From a virus, in IMG/VR virus record IMGVR_UViG_3300035701_000011, positions 33,146 to 97,145 of that record: a stretch of DNA of 64,000 nt; one strand, 5' to 3'. Below are positions 10,436 to 20,184 of this stretch, piece after piece. The notes beneath the pieces were generated by a model. That model saw only the letters and a list, made by a program, of their open reading frames with translations. It made no database searches and was not told the DNA's origin. Both the position numbers and the translations under genes were made by a program. Position 1 is the first letter of the stretch. Every line of letters starts with the position of its first letter.

Positions 10436-11075
10436 ATTAAAAGTATGTTCAAAATGTAAAAAAGAATTGAATATTAATAATTTTACAATAGATAATAGAG
10501 CTAAAGATAAATTATTAGGTTATTGTAAACAATGTGTTAAAGATTATCAAATTTTACATAAAAAAGAAAGAAAGATATATTTGGAAAATAATAAACAAAA
10601 ATTTATTTGTTACAGGAAAAAATATTATCAAATAAATAAAGAAAAAGCAAAACAATATTATCAGGAACATAAAATAGAAGTTATTCAAAAACATAAAAAT
10701 TATTATGAAAAAAACAAAGAAAAAATTTTATATCGTATTAAAATTTATCAAAATAAAAAAATAAAAATAGATATTAATTTCCGATTAGCTGCTTATCTAA
10801 GAACAAGAATTTGGCATGCTCTTAAAGGCAATCCTAAATTATCTACAACTATGAAATTGGTAGGATGTAATATTAAACAATTAAAACATCATCTTGAAAA
10901 ACAATTTATTAAAGGAATGACGTGGAAAAATTATGGTAAGTGGGAAATAGACCACATAAGACCTTGTGCTTCTTTTGACCTTAGCAAACCAAGTGAACAG
11001 AAGAAATGTTTTTATTATAAGAATCTTCAGCCTTTATGGAAAGAAATAAATAGACGTAAACAAGGAAAAATATAA
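10428..11075 (+). mobile_element. Free-standing HNH homing endonuclease (family A), between terL and polB
   Basis: N-terminal CSKC...CKQC, Lys/Tyr helical repeats, WEIDHIRPCASFDL...NLQPLW. Confidence 0.85.
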
Positions 11076-13144
11076 TGTTATCATTTGGAGTAACAAATAT
11101 TGCCAATGTTGGTCGGGAGATATATGTCTGGTATCGCATAGACAAGACTCTATCTTGTTTTAAGGATTCTACTTTTCGACCTTACTTTTATCAGATTTCT
11201 CCAAATGGTATTTACAAAACAATTGATGGCAAAAAAGTAGAAAAAATAATATGTAGTAGACCTTCAGATGTTAAGAATCGCAGAGACGAAGGAAGTTATG
11301 AAGCTGATATACTTTTCACGAAACGATATATAATAGATAAGATTACTAATTTTAATAAAATAGACCTACATTGGTCTTTTATAGACATTGAAGTACTTTG
11401 TAAAGAACTTCCTAATTATCTCAACCCATCTCAGCCTATCTCTTGTATTTCATGTTCTAATTCTTATACTGGGGAAATTAAGACTTTCTTTTTATTAGAT
11501 TATTATGATTCTGTAAAATCAGATGTTCCTCTTGCAGAGAATAAAGATTGGATTGAAATTGCAGAGGAAGAATTATTAAATGATTTTGTAAAATGGACAA
11601 AAGAACAACAATTTGATTTGGTATTGGGATGGAATTTTATTGAATTTGATTGGCTTTATCTTTGTGCTAGATATAAGAAAATATTTAGTTGTGAATTAGC
11701 AGAAATGTTAAGTCCAATAGCACAATCAAAATATTTAGGAAGTTCTCAAAAAGTGGAACCTACATTAATTCCTGCTGGATTAAGTGTATGCGATTATTTT
11801 GATATGTATAAAAAGATTTATCGCACAGAACCATCTTATGCTTTAGATATAATTGCTCAAAAGCGTTTAAATGAACAAAGTTTTAAAAAGGTAGATTTTA
11901 GTAGATTAATTCCAGAAATAAAGGAAAAGAATATAAATGATGTTAAAAGAATGATAGATATTGAAAAGAAATTAAAAATAATTGAATACTATGATGAACT
12001 TAGGCGAATGTCTATGTGTGAATGGAGTGATGTTACCTGGAATTCTAAAATGATAGATATGATTCTTCTTAGAGAAGCTAAACAAAAAGGAATAATACTT
12101 CCCTCTAAACATTACGGTGAAGGATTAGAAGTCGATGAAATCGGATTTGAAGGAGCCTATAGAAGATGTGATACTGGTCTTTATAAAGGTCTTTGGAAAC
12201 TTGACCTTTCCTCTGCTTATCCAATGGCAATAATTAATTTCTGCCTGGATATTTCAAACATTAAAAATGAAGGAATTACCATAAACATGGTAAAGTTTTA
12301 CCAGAATGAAAATGCTCTTCTTCCCACAATAGCCAGAAAATTAATTAGTAAGAAAGATATTTTAAAAGCACAATTAAAATCTTTAAATCCAGAAACTGAA
12401 GAAGCCAAAGATTTACAAATTAAATATGATGCAATTAAAGCGGTTGTTAATTCTCTTTTTGGAGTGTGCGGACTAAAGATTTTTAGATTGTTTGATTATA
12501 GAGTTGCTGCAAGTATTACATTTTTAATTAGAGATTTATTGCATTATGTAGAAGATAAATTAATAGAAAAAGGAATGAAAGTAATTTATATAGATACAGA
12601 TTCATTTTTTATAGATGCAAAAGAAAATCCTAAAGATTTATGTAATGAACTAGTCAAACAATGGGCAAAAGAAAAATATAACAAGGATAAGATTGGTATC
12701 GAATTTGATTTAGAAGGTAAGTTTGATAAGATTTTTATAATTGCTCTGTGCCATTATAAAGGATATTTAAATACACCAAGGGGTGTAAAAGAAGAAATAA
12801 AAGGTATAGAGGCTCGTAGGAAGGATAGTTCTAATTTTATTAGAGAATTCCAGACTAATCTTATTGAAAAAATAATGAATGAAAAGCCACAAGAAGAAAT
12901 AATTAAATGGATTAATTTAGAAAAAGAACGAATTAAAACATTACCCCTGCAAGATATTGGATTTCCTGCAAGATTAACAAAACAAGATGGAGAGTACAAA
13001 ACTATAGTAACAAATGCTAAAGGAACAACTTATAATAGAAAGTTACCAATTCATATCCAAGCAAAAAATAATAGCAAAAAAATATTTGGAAAATTTGATA
13101 AGCAATTGGGTGATAATTATTGGTGGATTTATTATGTGGACTAA
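11075..13144 (+). CDS. polB: Family B DNA polymerase, large N-terminal fragment
   Basis: Exonuclease DIE and GWN...FD; polymerase DLSSAYP, KAVVNSLFG, YIDTDS, KGIEARRKD; ends inside the thumb (WWIYYVD*). Confidence 0.92.
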   Translation: MLSFGVTNIANVGREIYVWYRIDKTLSCFKDSTFRPYFYQISPNGIYKTIDGKKVEKIICSRPSDVKNRRDEGSYEADILFTKRYIIDKITNFNKIDLHWSFIDIEVLCKELPNYLNPSQPISCISCSNSYTGEIKTFFLLDYYDSVKSDVPLAENKDWIEIAEEELLNDFVKWTKEQQFDLVLGWNFIEFDWLYLCARYKKIFSCELAEMLSPIAQSKYLGSSQKVEPTLIPAGLSVCDYFDMYKKIYRTEPSYALDIIAQKRLNEQSFKKVDFSRLIPEIKEKNINDVKRMIDIEKKLKIIEYYDELRRMSMCEWSDVTWNSKMIDMILLREAKQKGIILPSKHYGEGLEVDEIGFEGAYRRCDTGLYKGLWKLDLSSAYPMAIINFCLDISNIKNEGITINMVKFYQNENALLPTIARKLISKKDILKAQLKSLNPETEEAKDLQIKYDAIKAVVNSLFGVCGLKIFRLFDYRVAASITFLIRDLLHYVEDKLIEKGMKVIYIDTDSFFIDAKENPKDLCNELVKQWAKEKYNKDKIGIEFDLEGKFDKIFIIALCHYKGYLNTPRGVKEEIKGIEARRKDSSNFIREFQTNLIEKIMNEKPQEEIIKWINLEKERIKTLPLQDIGFPARLTKQDGEYKTIVTNAKGTTYNRKLPIHIQAKNNSKKIFGKFDKQLGDNYWWIYYVD

Positions 13145-13679
13145 AGAAGATTGGAAACAATACGCAAAAGAATATTATCAATTATATAAGAAAAAAATTC
13201 TTTTAATTCGAAAAATTTATAATAAAATTCATAAAAAAGAAATTGCTTTATATAAAAAAGAGTATGACCAACTAAATAAAGAAAAAATAAGTTTACAAAG
13301 AAAAAAGTATTATCAAGACCATAAAAAAGAAACCATCGAACAAGATAATGTTTACAAATATAATAGGTACCATAGAGATATTAATTTTAGAATACGAATT
13401 TGTCTTAGACAAAGATTGCGAAAAGTATTAAAAAAAATTCATAAATCTACTTCCATATTGAAATTAATTGGTTGTTCTTTAAAAGAATTAAAACAACATT
13501 TAGAATCACAGTTTTTAAAAAATATGTCGTGGTCTAACTATGGATTGTGGCACATAGACCATATTAAACCTTGTGCTTCATTTGATTTGCGAAAAAAGTC
13601 AGAACAACGCAAATGTTTCCATTATACTAACTTACAACCTCTGTGGGCAGTTGATAATTTAAAAAAAGGAGCAAAATAA
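13134..13679 (+). mobile_element. HNH homing endonuclease (family A) inserted in polB
   Basis: ATG at 13134 overlaps the polB end; WHIDHIKPCASFDL...NLQPLW; TAATG overlap with the next ORF. Confidence 0.88.
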
Positions 13680-13867
13680 TGATTCCAATTGCTTTTGATG
13701 AAAATACTATAGATTTATTAGATAAAACAAAAATTGCTTGGACTAAAATGATAGAAAGAAGTATAATTTCAAAGGTTGAACATATTTTTTTAGCATTAAA
13801 ATGGGATTTATCACTTATTAAGGAAATTAAACCTAAAAAAGAAAGAAAAAAGAAATGCATTATATAG
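13679..13867 (+). CDS. polB: Family B DNA polymerase, C-terminal thumb fragment
   Basis: IAFDE...IAWTKMIERSI..KVEHIFLALKW resembles the PolB C-terminal pattern that is missing from the upstream ORF. Confidence 0.7.
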   Translation: MIPIAFDENTIDLLDKTKIAWTKMIERSIISKVEHIFLALKWDLSLIKEIKPKKERKKKCII

Positions 13868-14604
13868 TTAGTTATTCAGGTGGAAAAGATTCAACTGCGA
13901 TGCTTATAAGACTTATAGAAGAAAAAAGACCTATAGATGAAATTTTATTTTTTGATACAGGATGGGAATTTTCTGCTATTTATTCTACAGTTAAAAAAAT
14001 CGAAGAATATATTAAAAGACCTATTGTTTGGCTTAAACCTGAAAAATCTTTTGAATGGTACATGTATCAGAAATCAAATAAACGTGGATTAGGTTTAGGA
14101 TTTCCTCGATTTAATATTCGTTGGTGTACAGGTTTAAAGAAAAATACGATTAAAACATATTTAAAAGATAAAAAACCATATATTAACTATCTCGGTCTTA
14201 CTAAAGGAGAAGAATATAGAGCAAAAAGATATGCAGATGATAAAACAATATTACTTCCTTTAATTGAATGGAAAATGACAGAACAAGATTGTTTAAATTA
14301 TTGTAAAAATAAAGGATTTGATTTTGAAAATCTTTATAGTTGTATGAGTAGTGCTTCATGTTGGTGTTGTCCTTTGCAACCTATGACATCATTAAGAGGT
14401 TTATATAAAAATTTTCCCGATTTATGGAAAAAATTATTAGAAATGCAATCTAAAACTAAAAGTGCTTTTAAAGTGGGTCATATTAATAATAAAAAAGGAA
14501 AAGATAGATTTCCTCCAATTTATGTTACAGATTTAGATATTCGTTTTAAAAAAGAAATAGAAGATGGAACATTTAATAAAAAAATGCAAAAGAAAAATGA
14601 CTAA
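13855..14604 (+). CDS. PAPS-reductase-family (PP-loop) protein 1
   Basis: SYSGGKDS, FDTG.E, RWCT..KK, SCWCCP. Confidence 0.85.
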   Translation: MHYIVSYSGGKDSTAMLIRLIEEKRPIDEILFFDTGWEFSAIYSTVKKIEEYIKRPIVWLKPEKSFEWYMYQKSNKRGLGLGFPRFNIRWCTGLKKNTIKTYLKDKKPYINYLGLTKGEEYRAKRYADDKTILLPLIEWKMTEQDCLNYCKNKGFDFENLYSCMSSASCWCCPLQPMTSLRGLYKNFPDLWKKLLEMQSKTKSAFKVGHINNKKGKDRFPPIYVTDLDIRFKKEIEDGTFNKKMQKKND

Positions 14605-15568
14605 TAAAATTCAAATCTGGGAATTAAAACAAAGACAGTCATTACCTTTAGAAGCTAAAATAACTTTGGCTAAAACAAGAATAGAACAATTTCATACAAA
14701 AATGGATGGTAATGTATGTGTATCTTTTTCTGGAGGTAAGGATAGTACCGTTCTTCTTCATTTAGTAAGGTCAATTTATCCAGATGTTAAAGCAGTTTTT
14801 GTTAATACAGGACTAGAATGGCCGGAAGTGGTGCAATTTGTCCGAGAAACTGAGAATACAGAGATTATACGTCCCGAGATGACTTTTAAAGAGGTCTTAG
14901 ATACTTATGGTTATCCAGTTACTAGCAAAAAGATTGCCAAAATGATTGATACTCTACAAAATCCCACAAAAGGAAATAAAGTTATTAGAAATCTTTATTT
15001 AACAGGTATTAGGGGAGATGGCAAAAAAGCAACTGGAAGTTGGAAGGTACCAAAGAAGTGGAGATTTTTAATTAAGGCTCCTTTTAAAATTTCCGACCAA
15101 TGTTGTGCAGTTATGAAAAAACAACCATTTAAAGAGTATACTAAAAAGACAGGATTACACCCCTATGTTGGCACACAAGCAGCAGAAAGTAGATTAAGAG
15201 AAATTTCTTATTTACAGTATGGATGTAATTCTTTTAAAGGTAAGATTCAATCCAGACCTTTAAGTGTTTGGTTTGAAGATGATATTTGGACATATATTAA
15301 GAAGTTTAATTTAAAGTATGCTACCATCTATGATAAAGGTCAGAAAAGAACTGGATGTATGTTCTGTATGTTTGGTACACATTTGGAAGATGAACCAAAT
15401 AAATTTCAATGTATGGCAAAGACACATCCGCAACTTTGGAATTATTGTATTAATGAAATAGGTGTAGGTAAAGTATTAGATTATATTAATGTACCTTATA
15501 AATTATTAGAAAATAGTACAAATGATGGACAACCTGACCATGAATTACCAATTCATGAACTGGAGTAA
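14597..15568 (+). CDS. PAPS-reductase-family (PP-loop) protein 2
   Basis: SFSGGKDS, NTGLEWPE, CCAVMKK, ES..R, RTGCMFC. Confidence 0.85.
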   Translation: MTNKIQIWELKQRQSLPLEAKITLAKTRIEQFHTKMDGNVCVSFSGGKDSTVLLHLVRSIYPDVKAVFVNTGLEWPEVVQFVRETENTEIIRPEMTFKEVLDTYGYPVTSKKIAKMIDTLQNPTKGNKVIRNLYLTGIRGDGKKATGSWKVPKKWRFLIKAPFKISDQCCAVMKKQPFKEYTKKTGLHPYVGTQAAESRLREISYLQYGCNSFKGKIQSRPLSVWFEDDIWTYIKKFNLKYATIYDKGQKRTGCMFCMFGTHLEDEPNKFQCMAKTHPQLWNYCINEIGVGKVLDYINVPYKLLENSTNDGQPDHELPIHELE

Positions 15569-15570
15569 AA

Positions 15571-16146
15571 ATGAATTTTAAAATTAAAGACATTGAAAAA
15601 CGATTAGGATTTAAATTAAGAAGAAATACTTATTGTATTGGCGTTGATACAGCCTCAACAACAGGATTAGCGATATTAGAAACTGATGATAAAATGTTAA
15701 AGATTAAGACTTCTATTTTTAAATTACCTGTAGTTAAAAAGGCTGACGAATTATCAGATAAATTTGTAGAGAAACTTGAATTTATGTTACGTTCAATTCG
15801 TGATTTTAAGCAAAAAGAATTTGGAAATAAAAAAGCATCTAAAACAGTTTTAGTATTGGAGAATAGTTTTCTTTCTTTCAATCCAGTAACTTTTGGATTA
15901 TTAAGAATGTTGTGTGGTATTATTTTTGCTGAACTATTTGATAATTTTGAGGAGATTAAAATAATATTTCCTATGTCAGCAAGAAAACAAGTTGGATTTA
16001 AATCTCAATTGAAAAGAGGAAGCAAGAGAGAAGAAAAGAAAAAAGAATTAATAACTTTTATAAATAATATTTTTAATACAAAAGAGACATCGGATGATAT
16101 TTGTGATGCAATAATTTTATCTCTTTGTGGATTAAAGGAGGAATAA
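15571..16146 (+). CDS. RuvC-like Holliday junction resolvase
   Basis: IGVDTASTTG, LEN, DDICDAI (RNase H-fold acidic residues). Confidence 0.75.
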   Translation: MNFKIKDIEKRLGFKLRRNTYCIGVDTASTTGLAILETDDKMLKIKTSIFKLPVVKKADELSDKFVEKLEFMLRSIRDFKQKEFGNKKASKTVLVLENSFLSFNPVTFGLLRMLCGIIFAELFDNFEEIKIIFPMSARKQVGFKSQLKRGSKREEKKKELITFINNIFNTKETSDDICDAIILSLCGLKEE

Positions 16147-16503
16147 ATGACAGATTTAAATAAGATTTTGGTTACAGGAATTTTGGTTCAGGATGTAGAA
16201 CTTCGATTTACACCAACTGGAACGAAGACTGCTAACTTGCGAATTGCTATTCATAGGAGATATAAAAATAAAACTCAAGAAATCAAAGAAGAGACTGAAT
16301 TTATTACTGTGGTAGTATGGCAGATTTTAGCAGAAAATTGTGCCAATTATTTAAAGAAAGGTAGTAGAATTTTTGTTGAAGGAAGATTACAGACTAGAGA
16401 ATTTATTGACAAATACCAACAGAAAAGAACAGTAACAGAAATTGTAGCAGAAGATGTAGAATTTTTAGACAGACCTGAAAAGAAAGAAATTAAGGAAGAA
16501 TAA
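16147..16503 (+). CDS. ssb: Single-stranded DNA-binding protein
   Basis: LNK...G.L..D.ELRFTP, VVVW, YLKKGS..FVEGRLQTR, TEIVA. Confidence 0.92.
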   Translation: MTDLNKILVTGILVQDVELRFTPTGTKTANLRIAIHRRYKNKTQEIKEETEFITVVVWQILAENCANYLKKGSRIFVEGRLQTREFIDKYQQKRTVTEIVAEDVEFLDRPEKKEIKEE

Positions 16504-16566
16504 TGGATTGGAAAGACGAATTAATAAAAAAAGAAAAAGAACTTAATCTACCAAAAGGAGGAGAAG

Positions 16567-16659
16567 ATGGACAGATTATTTCATCTAGTAGTATTAGTAA
16601 TAGGAATAATACTAGGAGCAACAGCGATGTACATAGGGTATCCGTACATAAAGAAATAA
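16567..16659 (+). CDS. 30-aa single-pass membrane peptide
   Basis: MDRLFHLVVLVIGIILGATAMYIGYPYIKK with GGAGG RBS, in a different frame from ORF 16503. Confidence 0.55.
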   Translation: MDRLFHLVVLVIGIILGATAMYIGYPYIKK

Positions 16660-16685
16660 ATAATATTAAAAAAGGAGGTAATGTA

Positions 16686-16889
16686 ATGATTACAAAAGAA
16701 GCAGCAGTTAGTGATTTAGAAAAAATTGATGTTAATGGTCCAGTAGGTAAAGTTATTGTTGAAGTAGGTAAAGTTATTATTAAAGTTTTAGCAACTATTA
16801 GGTCTAATCAACTTTTGACTGATGAAGAAAAAGTTAAAATTCGTGAAGCAAGAAAATTAAGAGACAGCAGAAAAGAACCACAGAAATAA
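16686..16889 (+). CDS. Hypothetical protein
   Basis: Strong AAGGAGGT RBS before MITKEAAV. Confidence 0.6.
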   Translation: MITKEAAVSDLEKIDVNGPVGKVIVEVGKVIIKVLATIRSNQLLTDEEKVKIREARKLRDSRKEPQK

Positions 16890-16897
16890 TTCAAGAT

Positions 16898-16924
16898 GGA
16901 AGGGTTGATAATAATCACCCTTCC
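16898..16924 (+). terminator. GC-rich stem-loop (possible terminator or processing site)
   Basis: GGAAGGG(T)TGA-TAATAA-TCACCCTTCC; no clear U-tract. Confidence 0.4.
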
Positions 16925-16935
16925 CCAAGACAAAA

Positions 16936-16946
16936 TGTGCTATACT
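16936..16946 (+). promoter_or_regulatory. Extended -10 promoter-like element
   Basis: TGTGCTATACT fits TRTGnTATAAT in an intergenic gap. Confidence 0.4.
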
Positions 16947-17176
16947 TATAGTATAAAAATAAAATGTTAATATTAGGATTACAAATTTGGGTAATAACTA
17001 TGGCATTAGGTATTGGTATAATTATTTTAACTGATAAAGGGGAATTATGATTTATTGTGAAAAGATAAAAAATTATATAGACCAGGAAGAAAAATGTCTT
17101 GCATGTATTTTTTATATAAAAGATGAAGATACTTGTGATTGGGAAAATTGGCATCCTGGATTAATTAAAGGAAAAG

Positions 17177-17545
17177 ATGAATCCAATCTTAATTAAAGAT
17201 ATTTTAGGAGGATTATTAATATTAACATCTATTGGAGATGCAATAAAATATACTATTCAAGCCAATAAAATTTCGAGAGCAAAAACCGCTAAATCAATGT
17301 CTCGTAAATTTATTAATCTTGCTCTTCTAAATGATTTTGTAAAATTATCTTATGGCATAACAATCAAAGATTTATTTATTATAAGTTCAAGTATTTTAGC
17401 TTTAATTTGTATGATTCATTTATTTGGAATAATTTATAAATTTTATCCTTATAGAATGAGAGGATGTTCTAATTTTAAACGACCTAATATATTTTTATAT
17501 ATAATTAATAGTTTAATTCCAAATCGAATTAGAAAGAGGTTATAA
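17177..17545 (+). CDS. PQ-loop/SemiSWEET-like small membrane protein
   Basis: Three hydrophobic segments; Q..KI.R.K.AK.MS pattern. Confidence 0.5.
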   Translation: MNPILIKDILGGLLILTSIGDAIKYTIQANKISRAKTAKSMSRKFINLALLNDFVKLSYGITIKDLFIISSSILALICMIHLFGIIYKFYPYRMRGCSNFKRPNIFLYIINSLIPNRIRKRL

Positions 17546-18197
17546 TTGTTAGTTAATTATTGTGATTTATGTGGGCAACCACTAAAAGAAAATAATTTTC
17601 ATTCTTTATATTGTTCTTCTCCTGATATAAATGCTCCTGACCCAAATAAATACGAAGAAATGGATAAATATTATAAAGATTATGCTCGTTATTTACTTCA
17701 AGTACAAAAAGAAGTAAAAGAAATTTGTCCTACATGCAAATATGTTTATGATAAAATTTTTGAATATAGATTACAAGGATTAAGTAAGATGACAGAAGAA
17801 TGTGCAAATTTATTTAATTTACCTTCAAAAAAGAATCCAAAGGAGAGAGGAAATGGCAAAGAAAAAAAGTAAAGAAAAATCTAATTGCTGCCATGCAAAA
17901 GTAAGAGTAAGTGGTATAGGAGATTTTGAAGGTGATAAAATTGCATGTACACTATATTATATTTGTACAAAATGTAATCAACCTTGTGATGTTTATATTC
18001 CTATAAGAAGGACTTGGAATATTAATCCTGTTACTAAAGTTAAAGGAGATAGTCGTGGAAAAGAAAAAGAAAAACTTACAAAAAAGGAAATCGAAGAATT
18101 TAGACGTAACGAAGATTTTTAAATTATTCGGAGAACAACCACAACGAACTTGTTCTTACGATGGTCATCCCCATTACGATAATTGGAGATAATGATA

Positions 18198-19226
18198 ATG
18201 AATAATGTTTTAATCTATTCTGATTTGCATATCAATCAATCCTCCCTAAAAGAATGTATAACAATCCTTGAAGAAATAGGTATGCTTACTAATAAGTATA
18301 ATATTGATACACTTATTAATTTAGGTGATACATTCGATGGTCTAAAACCAAGTAGTCAAGAGTTAGATGTTTTTGCAACTTTTATTAAAAGATTAGGAAA
18401 TGATAAAAAACATATTATCCTGGCTGCGGACAGCCATGAAAGTACCACGCAAGAAGAATCAATTTTAAATCATTATGGAATTCTTTCTGATAATGTGCAA
18501 ATTGTCAAAGAATATAAAGATGGTAATCATCTTTATTGTGGACATTTTAGTATTAAGGAATCTATTGTAAATTATGGAGCCAAACTTTCTAAAGAAGATT
18601 TAAAAAATTATATATATGTTTTTCTTGGACACATTCACAGTTATCAAGTTATAAAGCCTAACATTTGTCATTTAGGAAGTTGTAGATATGTTGATTTTGA
18701 TGAGGCAAAAGATGAGTATAAAGTCATAACCATTATTAGCGATTATAAAACAGAACAGGAAGAAGTTCATTTTATGAAGTTAAAAAGTCCTATCCCAATG
18801 ATTCAATTAGAGTTAGGTAAAAATAACCCAAAAGAGGCGATTTTAGACACGATTTCGGACCAAAACAAAGGTATAGAGAAAGATACTCTGGAACCTAAAT
18901 CGAGGCAAATTGCCTGTATAAACCCCCTAAATTCCTATAGTTTTGAGGCAGTATGTCAATTTTTAGATAAAGCAGACCACAAGACTAAAGTTAAGGTTAA
19001 AATCCTCGATTTTGAATCTTTCCGCCAATTCCTTCCCTTATGTAGTAAATACAATACAAAATTTGAGACATTTAAGTATGAAACTGATTTTACAATCATT
19101 TCGGTAGATAATCAAAATTGTAAAGATACTGCAATAGTTAGTTTTAAAGAAGCATTTATTAATTGGCTCAATAATCAGAAAATAGATGATAAGATTAGAG
19201 AAATCCTACAAAAAGAGATAGAATAA
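18198..19226 (+). CDS. sbcD: SbcD/Mre11-like metallophosphoesterase nuclease
   Basis: SDLH, LGDTFD, SHE, GH, GHIH; lies upstream of an SbcC-like gene. Confidence 0.8.
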   Translation: MNNVLIYSDLHINQSSLKECITILEEIGMLTNKYNIDTLINLGDTFDGLKPSSQELDVFATFIKRLGNDKKHIILAADSHESTTQEESILNHYGILSDNVQIVKEYKDGNHLYCGHFSIKESIVNYGAKLSKEDLKNYIYVFLGHIHSYQVIKPNICHLGSCRYVDFDEAKDEYKVITIISDYKTEQEEVHFMKLKSPIPMIQLELGKNNPKEAILDTISDQNKGIEKDTLEPKSRQIACINPLNSYSFEAVCQFLDKADHKTKVKVKILDFESFRQFLPLCSKYNTKFETFKYETDFTIISVDNQNCKDTAIVSFKEAFINWLNNQKIDDKIREILQKEIE

Positions 19227-19404
19227 TGATAGAACACAGAGTTTGGTGGGAAGAAATAGAAAGATGTAAAGGAAAAAATAAAAATGGTTCTCCTTGTCAT
19301 TTACCAACTCGTAGGGGATTTGAAATTAGTCCTGGAAATTTATTTGTTCCTTTAACTTGTTGGAGACATCAAGAACAAGAAAATAAATTAAGGCAAATCA
19401 AAAC

Positions 19405-20184
19405 ATGATAATTAAATCCTTAAAGATTAATAATCTACAACTTATCAAATCAGCTCAGGTTAATTTTGATAAGATTAATATTATTTCTGGAATAAATAAA
19501 GATAATCCTTCCGAAAGTGGTAATGGGTCTGGTAAGTCTACTTTTGTTTTGCGTGCCATTTTATTTTGTCTCTACGGGTATTGCGAGGAAGGTCTAACCC
19601 TCAAAGATTTAATTCGCTTTGAAGAAAAAGAATGTTCAGTTACTTGTGAAATAACCAATAACAATGAACATTACAGAATAATAAGAAAAATACCTAGTGA
19701 ATTACAACTTTTCCTTAATGATAAGGAAATTCAAGCAAATACCGCAACTATTAAACAAAATTTAATAAACGAATATTTTGGTGATGTTAGTTTTTTCAGA
19801 CAATATAGATGTGTTGATTTAAAGAATGGAATAAATGTTTTAGATATGGGTATTGTATCTCTTCGCAAGACATTAATGAGTTTTATAGAAGGTATCTTTA
19901 CTGAAATAAGAACTCGATTATTGGCACAAAAAGTAGAAAGAGAAAGGTATTCAATTGATAAAAAATTATTCAAAAATTTCCTCTCAGAGAAGCGATTAAA
20001 TATCTTAAATGCTTCATTAATTGAAGCAAAAACTGATTATCAACGATTTGAAAAAGAAAGAGATATACAACAAAATATTATTAATAAAATCAAATCAGAA
20101 ATACAATCAAGAGAACAAATTATCTATTATAAAAAATCAGAATTAGAAAAATTAAAAAAAGGACAATGTCCTATAATAAAATGA
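19405..20184 (+). CDS. sbcC: SbcC/Rad50-like ATPase, N-terminal half
   Basis: IKSLKINN, Walker A GNGSGKS, coiled coil, ends GQCPIIK*. Confidence 0.85.
   Translation: MIIKSLKINNLQLIKSAQVNFDKINIISGINKDNPSESGNGSGKSTFVLRAILFCLYGYCEEGLTLKDLIRFEEKECSVTCEITNNNEHYRIIRKIPSELQLFLNDKEIQANTATIKQNLINEYFGDVSFFRQYRCVDLKNGINVLDMGIVSLRKTLMSFIEGIFTEIRTRLLAQKVERERYSIDKKLFKNFLSEKRLNILNASLIEAKTDYQRFEKERDIQQNIINKIKSEIQSREQIIYYKKSELEKLKKGQCPIIK

Noticed and set aside
10405-11090. terL and polB as one ancestral fused gene (SFG at both junctions)
   Set aside because: Only a three-residue match with different codons; both proteins look complete at this junction.
13134-13679. Group I/II intron or intein explanation for the polB and sbcC interruptions
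   Set aside because: HNH ORFs fill the whole inserts; no P7-type or domain V sequences recognised; stops and frame changes exclude an intein. A covariance-model search is still needed to exclude a cryptic intron.
13855-15568. Complete Dnd phosphorothioation or sulfate-assimilation system
   Set aside because: No DndB/D/E, cysteine desulfurase or cys genes recognised in the window.
16503-16685. N-terminal part of the 128-aa ORF
   Set aside because: Low-complexity shadow (SSSSISN) of a TM peptide in another frame; a stronger RBS precedes 16686.
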